Shown here one piece after another: positions 52,788 to 63,448 of a stretch of DNA of 64,000 nucleotides; within the stretch, counting starts at the first letter, position 1, and the number at the start of each line of letters is the position of its first letter. The stretch lies in the NCBI GenBank assembly GCA_963766715.1, contig CAVYBH010000012.1:448001-512000 (forward strand), in the 5' to 3' direction. Both the position numbers and the translations under genes were made by a program. This stretch comes from an uncultured delta proteobacterium. Its GTDB lineage: Bacteria > Myxococcota > Myxococcia > Myxococcales > Anaeromyxobacteraceae. Under the pieces are notes generated by a model. That model ran no database searches. It worked only from the letters and a program-made list of their open reading frames with translations, and was not told the DNA's origin.

Positions 52788-55000
52788 ATCGAAACGCACA
52801 CCACGTTCTGTCGCATCTGCGAGTCGCTCTGCGGGCTGGTCGTCCAGGTGGACGGCGGCCGGGTCGTCGACGTCCGCGCCGACGACGCCCACGTCGCGAC
52901 CCGCGGGTTCGCCTGCCCGAAGGGGCTCCGGCAGCAGGAGATCTACGCCTCGCCGGACCGGCTGCTGGCGCCGGAGAAGCGCACGGGCGATCGCTGGGAC
53001 CGGATCGGCTGGGACCAGGCGATCGGCGAGATCGGCGGGAAGGTCCGCCAGATCCGGCAGGACCACGGCCCCGACAGCATCGCCATGTACGTCGGCACGG
53101 CGGCCGGCTTCGGGGTGCTGCACCCGGTCTTCGCGCAGGGATTCATGACCGGGCTCGGGTCGCGCTCGATGTACTCGTCCTCCACCCAGGACTGCTCGAA
53201 CAAGTTCGCGGTGGCGCGGGAGATGTACGGATTCCCCTTCACGCAGCCCTTTCCCGACCTCGAGCGCATCGAGTGCCTCGTCATCGTGGGCGCGAACCCG
53301 GTGATCTCGAAGTGGAGCTTCCTCCAGGTGCCCAACCCGGCCCGCGCGCTCCAGGCCATCGAGTCCCGCGGCGGACGGGTCTTCGTCGTCGATCCGCGCC
53401 GGACCGAGACGGCGCGCGCCGCCGGGGAGCACGTGTTCATCCGGCCGGACACGGACGTCTTCTTCTACCTTTCGTTCGTCCGGGAACTCCTCCTCGAGGG
53501 GGAGGTCGACCAGGCCCGCCTGGCGCGGTTCACGAGAGGGCTCGACGAGGTGAAGGCGCTCTGCGCGCCCTGGACGCCGGAGCGCACCGCCGAGGTGACG
53601 CGGATCCCGCCGGAGAAGCTGCGGGAGATGGTCCGGGCCTTCCGGGGGGCGAAGGGGGCGGCGCTCTACTCGTCCACGGGCGTCAACATGGGGTCGAACG
53701 GCTCGCTCGCCTTCTGGCTGCAGGAGGTGGCGAACTGCGTGTCCGGAAACCTCGACCGAGCCGGCGGAACGCTGGTCGGACGGGGAGTCATCGACTTCGC
53801 CGCCTTCGGCAAGAAGACGGGAACCCTCATGCGGACCGACCGGTCCCGGGTCGGGGGTTTCCAGTCGGTGAACGACGGCTTCCCGGGCGGCATCCTCGCC
53901 GACGAGATCCTCACGCCGGGCGACCGGCAGGTCCGGGCGCTCTTCGTCACCGGGGGGAACCCGCTCATCACCATGGCCAACGCCGGCCGGCTCCGGGAGG
54001 CCTTCGGCAAGCTGGAACTGCTGGTCACGCTCGACCTCTTCCGCAACGAGACGGGGTCCGTCGCCCATTACGTGCTCCCGTGCACCTCGCCGCTGGAGCG
54101 CCCCGACCTCCCGTTCGTCTTCCCGCTCATGCTCGGGCTCCAGGAGCGCCCGTACCTCCAGGCCACCGACGCCATCCTGCCCCCTCCCGGGGACGTCCGG
54201 GACGAGGCCACCATCTACCTCGACCTCTGCCGGGCGAGCGGAATCTCGCTCTTCGGCTCGCGCATCGCCCAGTGGTCCCTCTCGGCGATGAAGGCCGTGG
54301 CGAAGCGCCCGGGAACCCAGCCGAGCCTGCCCGCAGAAGGCGCTGCTCTCGGGAATTCTCCGCGCCACGAAGCAGGGGTCCTTCCGGGCGCTGGCCCGCC
54401 ATCCCCACGGGCGCCTGCGCGAGCCCAATCGCGCCGACGACTTCCTCGGGCTCCCGGGTCGTGACCGACGACGGGCGGGTGGACCTCGCGCCGGCCCGCC
54501 TGCTCGAGCAGGCGGCCAAGCTTCCGGGAGATTTCGAGCGGGAGCGCGCCAACCCCGACCAGATGAAGCTCGTGACGCGGCGCTCCGTGACCACGCACAA
54601 CTCCTGGACGCACAACATCGAGCGCTTCGCCGCGCCCGGGACGAACGTCCTCTACGTGCACCCGGACGACGCGGCCCGGATCGGGCTCGCCGACGGCCAG
54701 CTGGCCGACGTCTCCACGGACGTGGCCACCGTCCGGCTCCCGGTCGAGCTCCTCGCCGACCTCATGCCCGGGACGGTCGCCCTGCCTCACGGGTGGGGCC
54801 ACCAGCACGCCACCGGCTTGTCGATCGCGAGTCGGACGCGTGGCGTCAACGTGAACCTCCTGGCGGCAGACGGTCCGGGGCGCATCGAACGGGTGAGCGG
54901 GATGGCCCACCTGACCGGGTTCCCCGTGACGGTGAGACCCTCTTCGGGGCCCCAGGACGCCACGAGCTGGTCGGGACTTCCCTCGAATCCGGCAGCTTGA
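52788..55000 (+). CDS. Molybdopterin-dependent oxidoreductase, DMSO-reductase superfamily (start codon unclear; indels near 54340-54450)
   Basis: Fe-S motif CRICESLC..CPKG, IVGANP, VDPRRTETA, HNSWTHN, VHPDDA, LPHGWGH. Confidence 0.88.
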
Positions 55001-55177
55001 GAGGTCCGCTATACCCGGCGGGGGCGCGGGCGACGCACCGCGTGACGTTCCGTGACTCCTCTGGGTACCAGGCGGAAAATTCGGGGCAGGTTCGAAAGCA
55101 TAGGTTATACCGTGGGTTCAGTTTCCCGCTCGAAGAGGCGGCCCGAAGCCGCTTTCCATGGGAAGGAGAGCCATCCG

Positions 55178-56198
55178 ATGAAGAGGATTCTCAGCGTTGT
55201 CGTGGCCGCGGCCGTCGCCCTCACCGCAGGTGGGGTCCAGGCGCAGCAGGCACAGGGCTTCACGCCCGACCCGAAGATGAACTACAAGATCCTGGCTTTC
55301 CGCGCCGTGGAGACGGGAAAGCTCGAGGGCACGGTCTCGTCGGTCGATACGGCCAGCCGGAACCTCGCCATCAAGGGGCCGAGCGGCAAGGTCCGCACGG
55401 TCAAGGCCGGCAAGAACATCCAGGGCCTCGAGAAGATCAACGTCGAGGACAAGATCGTGGCCGAGTACTACCGGTCGGCGACCTTCTACGCCGACAAGCC
55501 GGCCCAGACGCCCATGAACCCGGAGATCGTGTCGGCCTTCCAGGCCGCCTCGAAGACGAACGAGGTCGTGGAGGCTTCCGAGGTCGTGGCCGAGGGCACC
55601 GCCACCATCTCCGCCATCGACAAGGGCGCGCGGGACGATCACCTTCACCGGCCCCGAGGGGCGCGTCTTCCCGGTCAAGGTCGAGAACGCCGCCCTGCTC
55701 GACGGCGTCGCCGTCGGCCAGAAGCTCGACTACAAGGTCGTCGACGTGGTCGCCTTCGACGTGAAGGTCACCCCGAAGCCGCCTCCGGCTCCTCCTCCGC
55801 CGCCCCCGACCCACGCCAAGATCGAGGGCAAGAAGATCGTCATCGACGACGTCATCTACTTCGACACCAACAAGGACACGATCAAGCCCGTCTCGTACCC
55901 CATCCTCGACGACGTGGCCGCGATCATGAAGGCCAACCCGAACCTCAACGTCCGGGTCGAGGGGCACGCCTCGAAGGATCCGGTTTCCGCCAAGCGCGGC
56001 AAGGCCGGCGCCGAGTACAACCTGAAGCTGTCCGATCTCCGCGCCAAGGCCGTGAAGGCCTACCTCGTGGACAAGGGCGGCATCGACGCCTCGCGTCTCG
56101 AGGGCATCGGGTTCGGCTGGAACCAGCCCATCGCTCCGAACGACACGAAGGAAGGCCGCGCCAAGAACCAGCGCGTGGACTTCGTGATCACGAACTAG
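55178..56198 (+). CDS. OmpA-family peptidoglycan-binding protein with duplicated N-terminal beta domain (indel near 55632)
   Basis: Signal peptide, poly-Pro linker, IYFDTNK, VEGHA, NLKLSDLRAKAV, GRAKNQRVDF. Confidence 0.88.
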
Positions 56199-56220
56199 CC
56201 TCTCCGGTCTCGTGAACGGG

Positions 56221-56256
56221 AACGGCCGGCTCCCTCGGGGGCCGGCCGTTTTCTTT
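56221..56256 (+). terminator. Intrinsic terminator after the OmpA gene
   Basis: aacggccggctcc-ctcg-ggggccggccgtt followed by ttcttt. Confidence 0.85.
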
Positions 56257-56307
56257 CGGGCCGCCGTGCCGGGGCTTCAGCAGCGTCCTCGTGCTAGGGT
56301 GCATCCG

Positions 56308-56880
56308 GTCATCACCGGAGACCAAGCTCGATCGTCCTCGTCGCGCTGACCCTGTCCGTCTCGTCCTTGGTCCGGGCGGACGACGCCGGGGCTCCGAAGG
56401 CCGGCGCACCGTGCCCCCGTCCAGCCCCGCTTCGCCGGACGAGATCCTGGGCGAGCTGGTCATGCTGCCGGCGGGTCCTTCGCTTCCTACGCGGCGGCGC
56501 GGGTGGTCGGGCCGACAGTCAACATGACGGAGGGCGACAAGGGCACCTGGAAGGGGAGGATTCGCGACTACGACGGGGTGCTCGAGGTCACGGAGAAGCG
56601 CATCGCCGGCGCCAGCTTCAACCTGGTCCTGGATCGGGACGGGGACGAGTGGGTGTGCCAGGGCACCTGGGACGGAAAGCGGGTGCGGATCGCGCTCGCC
56701 AAGGACGGTCTCACCGTCCGCATCCAGAACCGGTTCTACGAGATGACGAGGGTGGCGCCGGACCTCTACGCCACCCAGCCCGTGGGCCCGGCCTCCGCGT
56801 GAAGGGCGACGCGGCCGGGAAGGCGCCGCTGTACCCGCAGTTCGTCCTGGCGGTGCTGGCGCTCTTCGAGGCGCCGCGCT
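56308..56880 (+). CDS. Exported beta-rich hypothetical protein (both ends uncertain; indels)
   Basis: Hydrophobic leader, core VVGPTVNM..GTWDGKRVRI, C-terminus PLYPQFVLAVL; host-like codons. Confidence 0.6.
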
Positions 56881-59800
56881 ACGGGTGCGGGACCTCCTCC
56901 ATGGCGAGGAGGACGAGCCGGGCCTCTCCGCCCTCGGGGGCAATCCGGCGGGCATTCAGCAGGAGGCGACGGCGACCGATGCGCGGGAAGTCGTGCTCGA
57001 CCAGGTAGTCGTCGAAGGCCCGGTCGTCGCGGAGGACGGCTCCCAGCAGGTCGCGGAGGGCGGGGATGTCCCACTGCCTGGTCTGCCGAGCTGGAAGACC
57101 TCGCGGCCGACGGTCTCCTCCGGCGTGGACGTGGAAGTACTGGTAGAAGGCCCGGCTCGCGGATCGGACCTTCATGGCGCCGTCGAGCACCAGGAGCGGC
57201 TCCCGGACCGTGTCGACGATGCTCTCGGCGAGCGGCTCGGGCCTCCTGGACGGCGGTCTCGGCCTGGCTCCGCGCGGTGATGTCGGTGAGCGTCAGGACC
57301 ACGCCGTCGATCACGTTGTCGAGCGTCCGGTAGGGCTGGATGCGGACCAGGTAGCAGCCGCCCTCGGCGGTCCGGGCCTCGTGCTCCCAGGGGACGAGCG
57401 TCTCGAGGACGTGCTGGGCTCCCACGAGCAGCGCGTTCGTCTCCAGATCGGCCTTGATGTCGAGCGATGGGCCGTCCCACGTCCGTCGAGACCAGGCGAA
57501 ACACCTTCGTGGCCTCCCGGGTGAACCGCCGGATGGCGAGCTGCTCGTCGAGGAAGATGGTGCCCACGTTGACGTTGTCGAGCAGGTTCCGCATGTCGTT
57601 CTGCATCCCTGCGAGCTGCTCGATCTTGGACTGGAGCTCGGCGTTGACGGTGACGAGCTCCTCGTTGACCGACTGGAGCTCCTCCTTCGAGGTCTCCAGC
57701 TCCTCGTTCGTGGACTGGAGCTCCTCGTTGGTGGACTGAAGCTCCTCGTTCATCGACTTGAGCTCCTCGGTGGAGGCCTGCTGCTCCTCCACCGTGGTCC
57801 GCAGCAGCTCCTTGGAGTCCGCCAGGGCCTGCTCCAGATCCTTCATCTTGCGCCGCTCCGGCGGCTGCCCGTGCGCCTTGCCACGCTCTTTCGCCGGGCC
57901 GGGAAGCTCCGACGCGGCCGCTCCTGGAAGGTCACGAGGACGAGCGCCCCGTCCTCCTTCTGGAGCCCGAGGGAGCGGACACCGAGCAGGACCGGCTGGA
58001 GGCTCCCGTCGACCTTCACCGTCACCTCGCGGCTCAGGGGCGCCGCCCCGCGGGCTCCCTTCCTCGGTAGGCCGCGCGGAGCTCCGCCTCAGGTTGCCGC
58101 GGGCCATGTCGATCACGTTGAGCGTGGCCCTTCCGGGGGCGGGGCGCAGGTACTTCCCGGTCTCGCCGTGGACGTACAGGATGTTTCCCGCCTCGTCCGT
58201 CACCACCGACGCGGGCGCGAAGGACTGCAGGAGGGCGCGGGCGGTGAGCTCGGCGACGTTCGACTCCCTGGACTTCCTCGGCGCGGCCCCTCCGGCGCCG
58301 CGATGCCGGTCTCGGCCCATCTCTGGGCGCCCGGAGGAACGAGCCGGGCAGACGGCGGGCGACGGGACGACCTCGAACAGCTTCCAGCGGCGGTGAGGGC
58401 CGGAAGAGATCGGTGGGGTGCCCGAGGCTCTCGGACGGTGACAGGAAGAGGACGCCTCCCTGCCGGAGCGCGTAGTGGAACGTGGCCACGAGCCGATCCT
58501 GGAGCTCCGGCTCCAGGTAGATCATGAGGTTCCGGCAGGAGAGGAGGTCGAGCCGCGTGAACGGTGGGTCCTTGATGACGTTCTGGACGGCGAACACCAC
58601 CATCTCGCGGATCTCCTTCTTCACCCGGTAGCCGTCGTCGTCCTTGAGGAAGAAGCGGCGAAGGCGCTCGGGCGACACGTCCTGGACGATGCTCCCCGGG
58701 TAGACCCCCGCCCGGGCGACGGCGATGGCGTCGTCGTCGAGGTCGGTCGCGTAGATCTGGACCTTGTGCTCCGCGTGCGTCTCGTCGAGCAACTCGCGCA
58801 CCAGCATGGCGATCGAGTACGCCTCCTCGCCGGACGCGCAACCCGCGATCCAGGCGCGGAAGATCCATCCGTCCGGCTTACCCGCGAAGAGCCGGGGCAG
58901 GACCTCGTTTCGGAGGGCTTCGAAGGCCTCCGGATCCCGGAAGAAGCTGGTGACGTTGATGAGCAACTCCTTGAAGAGCGACTGCACCTCCTCGGGGTGC
59001 TCCTTCAGGTAGCGGGCGTAGCTCTCGGCGTTCTGGAGGTCGTGCAAGGCCATGCGGCGTTCGATGCGCCGGACGACCGTGCTCTTCTTGTAGAGGGAGA
59101 AATCGTGGCCGGTCCTCGACCGGAGCGTGGAGAGGATCTGGCGCAGCCCGCGGAGCGTGGCCGGGGCGGTGTGCGAGCCCGGCGGATGCCCGGAGGCCCG
59201 GGCGGCCGCCCGCATCGCGTCCGGCATCTTCTCCACGGGCAGGACGTGGGCGACGTAGCCCGCCCGGATCGGCGCTCGAGGGCATGCCGTCGTACTTCGC
59301 CGTCGCCGGGTCCTGGGCGTAGGTGACGCCACCGGAGCCCAGGATGGCGCGCAAACCCAGCGTGCCGTCGGATCCCGTCCCGGAAAGGACCACGCCCATG
59401 GCCTGCTCGCCCTGGTCCTCCGCCAGGGACCGGAAGAAGGCGTCGATGGGCATGCGCTGGCCCCGCGGCGCCTCGGGGACGCTCAGCTGGAGCGTGCCGT
59501 GGAAGATGGCGAGGTCTCGATTCGGCGGGATCACGTAGATGCGGTTGGGCTTCACGGCCAGTTGATCGGTCGCCTCGACCACCGGAAGCGCCGTGGTGCG
59601 CTGGACGATTCTCCGTGAGGATGCTCTCGTGGCTCGGATCCAGATGGGAGACGACCACGAAGGCCATTCCGATGTCGGTCGGCACGTGACGGAAGAAGGC
59701 CTCGATGGCCTCCAGGCCGCCGGCCGAGGCGCCCAGCCCGACGACGGGGAAGGGGAGGGCACCGGTGGCCTCTGTCTCCAGGAAGGAGACGGGCTGCCTG

Positions 59801-59921
59801 GACGCCGAAACGCGGGGCGCGTGGGATTCGTCGGGGCCTGTTTCGCCGTCTTCCGGGAGGAACGGCGGCCGGCCTTCGTCGGTGCCCTCTTCCCCGGACG
59901 CCGGGTGCGTGGATTGCGCAT
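56879..59921 (-). CDS. CheB-CheR-PAS fusion protein (many indels)
   Basis: Che[18 protein letters not shown]; Che[34 protein letters not shown] coil; PAS domains. Confidence 0.9.
57655..57780 (-). repeat. 21-nt coding repeat (EELQSTN heptads) in the CheBR coiled coil
   Basis: About six units with period 21 nt, each containing agctcctc on the + strand. Confidence 0.8.
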
Positions 59922-60116
59922 TCGCGGATGGTCGCACGACGGAAACGGCAACTCCATGCCCGAGCGCCGGGAGGGGCGAAAACGCCGTCACATCCCGCAG
60001 GCCCGCTCGTCTTGAGGGTATGCGCCAGCTTCGCCTCGCGCCCTCTCGTCGGTCGGTCCCCGGCCTCCGCGCGTCCTCCCTGCTCCGTGCAGGCCGACCG
60101 TCCGGGGGAGCGGGCG

Positions 60117-60245
60117 ATGATGGGTTCCATCGTCGCCGTCGTGGCCGTCGCCTTGGTGCTCGGGGTGTCGCTCCAGAGGTCGAAGGGGAGGGCCATCGGG
60201 CCCGAGCGTCCCCCTCCGCCGGCGCGGGAGACTAGCCCGACCTGA
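60117..60245 (+). CDS. Putative 42-aa single-TM small protein
   Basis: [37 protein letters not shown] upstream. Confidence 0.45.
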   Translation: MMGSIVAVVAVALVLGVSLQRSKGRAIGPERPPPPARETSPT

Positions 60246-60510
60246 ACCGCCGGTGACCAGCGCACTGGCGTGCGCGTCGAGGCTCCGCGCCACGGCGTCC
60301 TCACTGCAAGTGCACCTGGTCCCCGGGAGAAGGGCGACCCACCTCCCGTCCTCGGCGGGAGGCGACCGCCTGCCGTCGGATCTCCAGCTGGCGGGATCCC
60401 CCTGTAATTGCAGGTGCAGGATGGCCGCGCACATGGGAGGCGACGTGCGTCGGGGTCTAGCGCCGCGACAGTTCGGGTGACGCCGGTTGGTGCTCGCCAT
60501 TCAAGGTCCG

Positions 60511-60933
60511 TCACCGAACGCCCCACCCGAACAGCAGCAGCATCAGCGCCATCTGCGGCATCGTCGGCGTATCGAGTCCCGTCGCCTCTCCCATGAACTC
60601 CACGGTCGACAGCAACGGAGAGACGTAGTTGCCAGCGGCGTCACGCACCCATCGGTCGCCCTGAACCTGGGCGTACTTCCCGGCGATTTCCAGCCTCACG
60701 TTGTCGCCGAGCCAAAGGCCCTCCAGGCGGAACCCGCCCGGCATGGGCGTGTAGCGGACGTTCACGGAGGAGCTCGTGATGCGGCTTTCCGCGAAGGAGA
60801 GTTCGACGTCGATCGGCCCCGGGCGAGGGCTCGAGGCCCGTGATGCCATCCTTGCAGTGCCAGCTCCGGCGGTGGCGCACCCGACGAGCAGGAACGCGAG
60901 CGCGGCGACGGGCGCCATCGGGAGCATCCTCAT
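60511..60933 (-). CDS. Hypothetical lipoprotein, paralogue of the 56.3 kb protein
   Basis: Lipobox LVGC; GLWLGDNVRL; PTMPQMALMLL. Confidence 0.65.
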   Translation of the reverse strand: MRMLPMAPVAALAFLLVGCATAGAGTARMASRASSPRPGPIDVELSFAESRITSSSVNVRYTPMPGGFRLEGLWLGDNVRLEIAGKYAQVQGDRWVRDAAGNYVSPLLSTVEFMGEATGLDTPTMPQMALMLLLFGWGVR

Positions 60934-60947
60934 GGGAGCCCGGCGAG

Positions 60948-61426
60948 CTACCAGAGCGTGATCCGGTTCGTCGCCACGAGGGAACCGTCGACCGCGCTGC
61001 TGTAACGGAACACGTACTTGCCAGCCACGAGCGGGAACTGGATCGCCCGCACGTCGGTCGACTCCTTTCCGCAGAGGCGCCCCGCATCGCAGTAGCGATC
61101 CCCTGGAGTCCGGGGCTGGAACTGCTCCGCCTGGACCAACCCTTCGTCCCGGAACACCTCCAGCTTCCAGTTCCCGGGATCGGCGATCCGGGGTCGACCG
61201 CGGTGAACTCCGTCCGGATGAACGGGGTCTTCCCGTCGTCCCCGATCCTTCCGGGAGCCCCGACGAAGAGGCAGGTTCCGACCGAGATGCTGGATCCCCG
61301 GAGCAAGTCGGTGGCGCAGACTCCGTCCGGCTCGCGAAGTCGGGACAGGGGTGCCCCGGTGTTCGGCCCGGCGCAGCCCACGAGCAAGACGAAGGCGAGG
61401 CTCCGCGCGACGGCCTGGATCGGCAT
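60948..61426 (-). CDS. Hypothetical Cys-containing lipoprotein (indel near 61190)
   Basis: Lipobox LVGC; C-terminal half WKLEVFRD..GKYVFRY in a second frame. Confidence 0.55.
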
Positions 61427-61595
61427 GTCGTCCCCCCGGGGGTAAACGGATCGTGGCGGCGTCAGTACACTCGACGTGAGTCGCGTCCGTCAAGCGCACG
61501 GCGAACCTTCACGGGACGCGGCGACGAGAACCGACCCACCCCGGTGGCTTGACACGGGTGACGCTGGGTGAATTCATGCCTTCACGGGGGAGCGC

Positions 61596-61760
61596 ATGAG
61601 GCCGCATCTCTGGGTGGCAATCGGCCTTCTCCTCGCGCTGTCGGGTTGCGCGCACACCTCGTCCTATGCGAACGAGCCCTGGATTCCCGACCCCGGACAT
61701 CCGGTACCGTATCCCGCGACGATGCCCCCATCTCCGCGCCCCGTGCCCGACCAATCCTAG
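61596..61760 (+). CDS. 54-aa proline-rich lipoprotein, absent from the ORF track
   Basis: GGGGAG RBS; MRPHLWVAIGLLLALSGCAHTSSYANEPWIPDPGHPVPYPATMPPSPRPVPDQS*. Confidence 0.6.
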   Translation: MRPHLWVAIGLLLALSGCAHTSSYANEPWIPDPGHPVPYPATMPPSPRPVPDQS

Positions 61761-62012
61761 GAACCCCTGTACCGCAACGTCTCGAGGTCGAACGTCGACC
61801 CGGGGCGGCCACCGCGAGGACTGGACTCCGCACGCCCCCTCCTTCGGCCCGAAGTGGCAGGGTCGAGACGAGACTCACACTCCGTGTCACATCCGTCAAG
61901 ACGGGCGGAGACGCTTCACACAACGCAACCTGACACCAACCGTCAAGGTCGACCCACGAGGGGGGCGGCAGCCTGGGCCTGCGAGTTTCGGCTTCCCGGC
62001 TGGATGGGTCCA

Positions 62013-62041
62013 TTGACACTGTGGGTAGACATCAAGATGAT
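62013..62041 (+). promoter_or_regulatory. Putative promoter of the delta-60 repeat gene
   Basis: TTGACA-17 nt-GATGAT. Confidence 0.4.
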
Positions 62042-62060
62042 TGCCGGCCGGGGGATTTTC

Positions 62061-63401
62061 ATGTTCGTTCGGACGTCGTGCTGGCTGGCTGCGGCCAGTG
62101 TTGGACTCCTGGTGTTCAGCGGGTGCGGCGGCACCGGCTCGGCTTCGGCTCCGGGGTCCGGCGACCTGGACAGGTCCTTCGGGGGCGATGGAACGGTATT
62201 CACCGCGTTCGCCTCCGGGCTCGTTGCCATGCCCAGCGGGATCGCCGTCCAGCCGGACGGCCGACTGGTGGTGGCGGGGCACGAGCAGACTCCGCTGGCG
62301 GACTGGTCGCGAATCGTCCTGGCTCGCTACGAGGCCGACGGGACTCTCGACGCCGGGTTCGGAACGGGCGGAAAGGTGACGACGTCCTTCGGGACGTACG
62401 ACGAGGCAAGGGCGGTTGCGCTCCAGCCCGATGGAAGGATTGCCGTCGCCGGATTCACGAAAGGTCCTGCTGGATTCGAGTTCCAGGTGGCTCGCTACGG
62501 ACGCGACGGGGTGCTGGACCCTGCCTTCGGCAGCGGCGGCAGGGTCACCACGACGTTCCCGGCTCCCTGGTCCAGCGCCGTGGCGACGGGCATCGCAATC
62601 CAGCCGGATGGGAAGATCGTGACGGCTGGGGCCGTCGGCACGGACCTCGGACTCACACAGTCGACCAGCGTCGCTCTGGCCCGCTACGACATCGGCGGCG
62701 TTCCAGACGCCACTTTCGGCGAGGGCGGCATCGTGATCACGACTCTCCCCGGCGCGTCCTGCTTCGCCCTGGGCCTGATCGTTCAATCCGGGGGGAAGAT
62801 CGTGGTTTCCGGTTTCACGACCCTGGCGGATGGGACGGAGGAGTCGATCCTCGCGCGGTACGGAACGGACGGGACGCTCGACGCGGGATTCGGCACGGGC
62901 GGAGTGGTGCGAACGAGCGTCTCCGACTTCAGCCGGGCCGCCGCCATCGCAGTTCGTCCGGATGGCAAGATCGTGGCCGTGGGGTCGTCGCAGGAACGCG
63001 CCCTCGGCGGTGGCAGGACGAATTCAGCAGTCGCCCTCGCCCGCTACGAGACCGACGGTGCGCTCGACGCGACGTTCGGGACGGCGGGCGTGGTGACGAC
63101 CCGATTCACCGGCAGCGCCGGTGCGAACGCAGTCGCGCTCCAGGGGGATGGCCGCATCGTCGCTGCGGGCTCCTTCTGGGCCACGAGCGCCACGCGGGTC
63201 GTCCTCGCGGTCGTCCGCTACGAGGCGGACGGACGAGTCGACCCGAGCTTCGCGAACGCTGGCACGGCGACCACGAACGCGGCGTACTGGGCCACGGACG
63301 TGGCGATCCAACCGGACGGAAGAATCGTCGTCGTCGGGGATGGCGACCGCGCGCCGTCAGACTCGACCTCGGGTTTCGCGGTGGCGCGGTACGTGCCGTA
63401 G
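62061..63401 (+). CDS. Delta-60 repeat (beta-propeller) lipoprotein
   Basis: Lipobox FSGC; seven repeats G.LD..FG..G.V..A.QPDG.IV.AG..ARY. Confidence 0.88.
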   Translation: MFVRTSCWLAAASVGLLVFSGCGGTGSASAPGSGDLDRSFGGDGTVFTAFASGLVAMPSGIAVQPDGRLVVAGHEQTPLADWSRIVLARYEADGTLDAGFGTGGKVTTSFGTYDEARAVALQPDGRIAVAGFTKGPAGFEFQVARYGRDGVLDPAFGSGGRVTTTFPAPWSSAVATGIAIQPDGKIVTAGAVGTDLGLTQSTSVALARYDIGGVPDATFGEGGIVITTLPGASCFALGLIVQSGGKIVVSGFTTLADGTEESILARYGTDGTLDAGFGTGGVVRTSVSDFSRAAAIAVRPDGKIVAVGSSQERALGGGRTNSAVALARYETDGALDATFGTAGVVTTRFTGSAGANAVALQGDGRIVAAGSFWATSATRVVLAVVRYEADGRVDPSFANAGTATTNAAYWATDVAIQPDGRIVVVGDGDRAPSDSTSGFAVARYVP

Positions 63402-63448
63402 TCCAGAACTTCCGGGATCTAGCGCCCACGCTGCGCGCCGGCGGATTG

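Noticed and set aside
57655..57780. 21-nt periodic repeat as CRISPR or VNTR
   Set aside because: No spacers; encodes the usual EELQSTN coiled coil of CheBR proteins
62160..63300. Repeats of roughly 170-180 nt period as a CRISPR or mobile repeat
   Set aside because: Degenerate in-frame protein repeats of the delta-60 family
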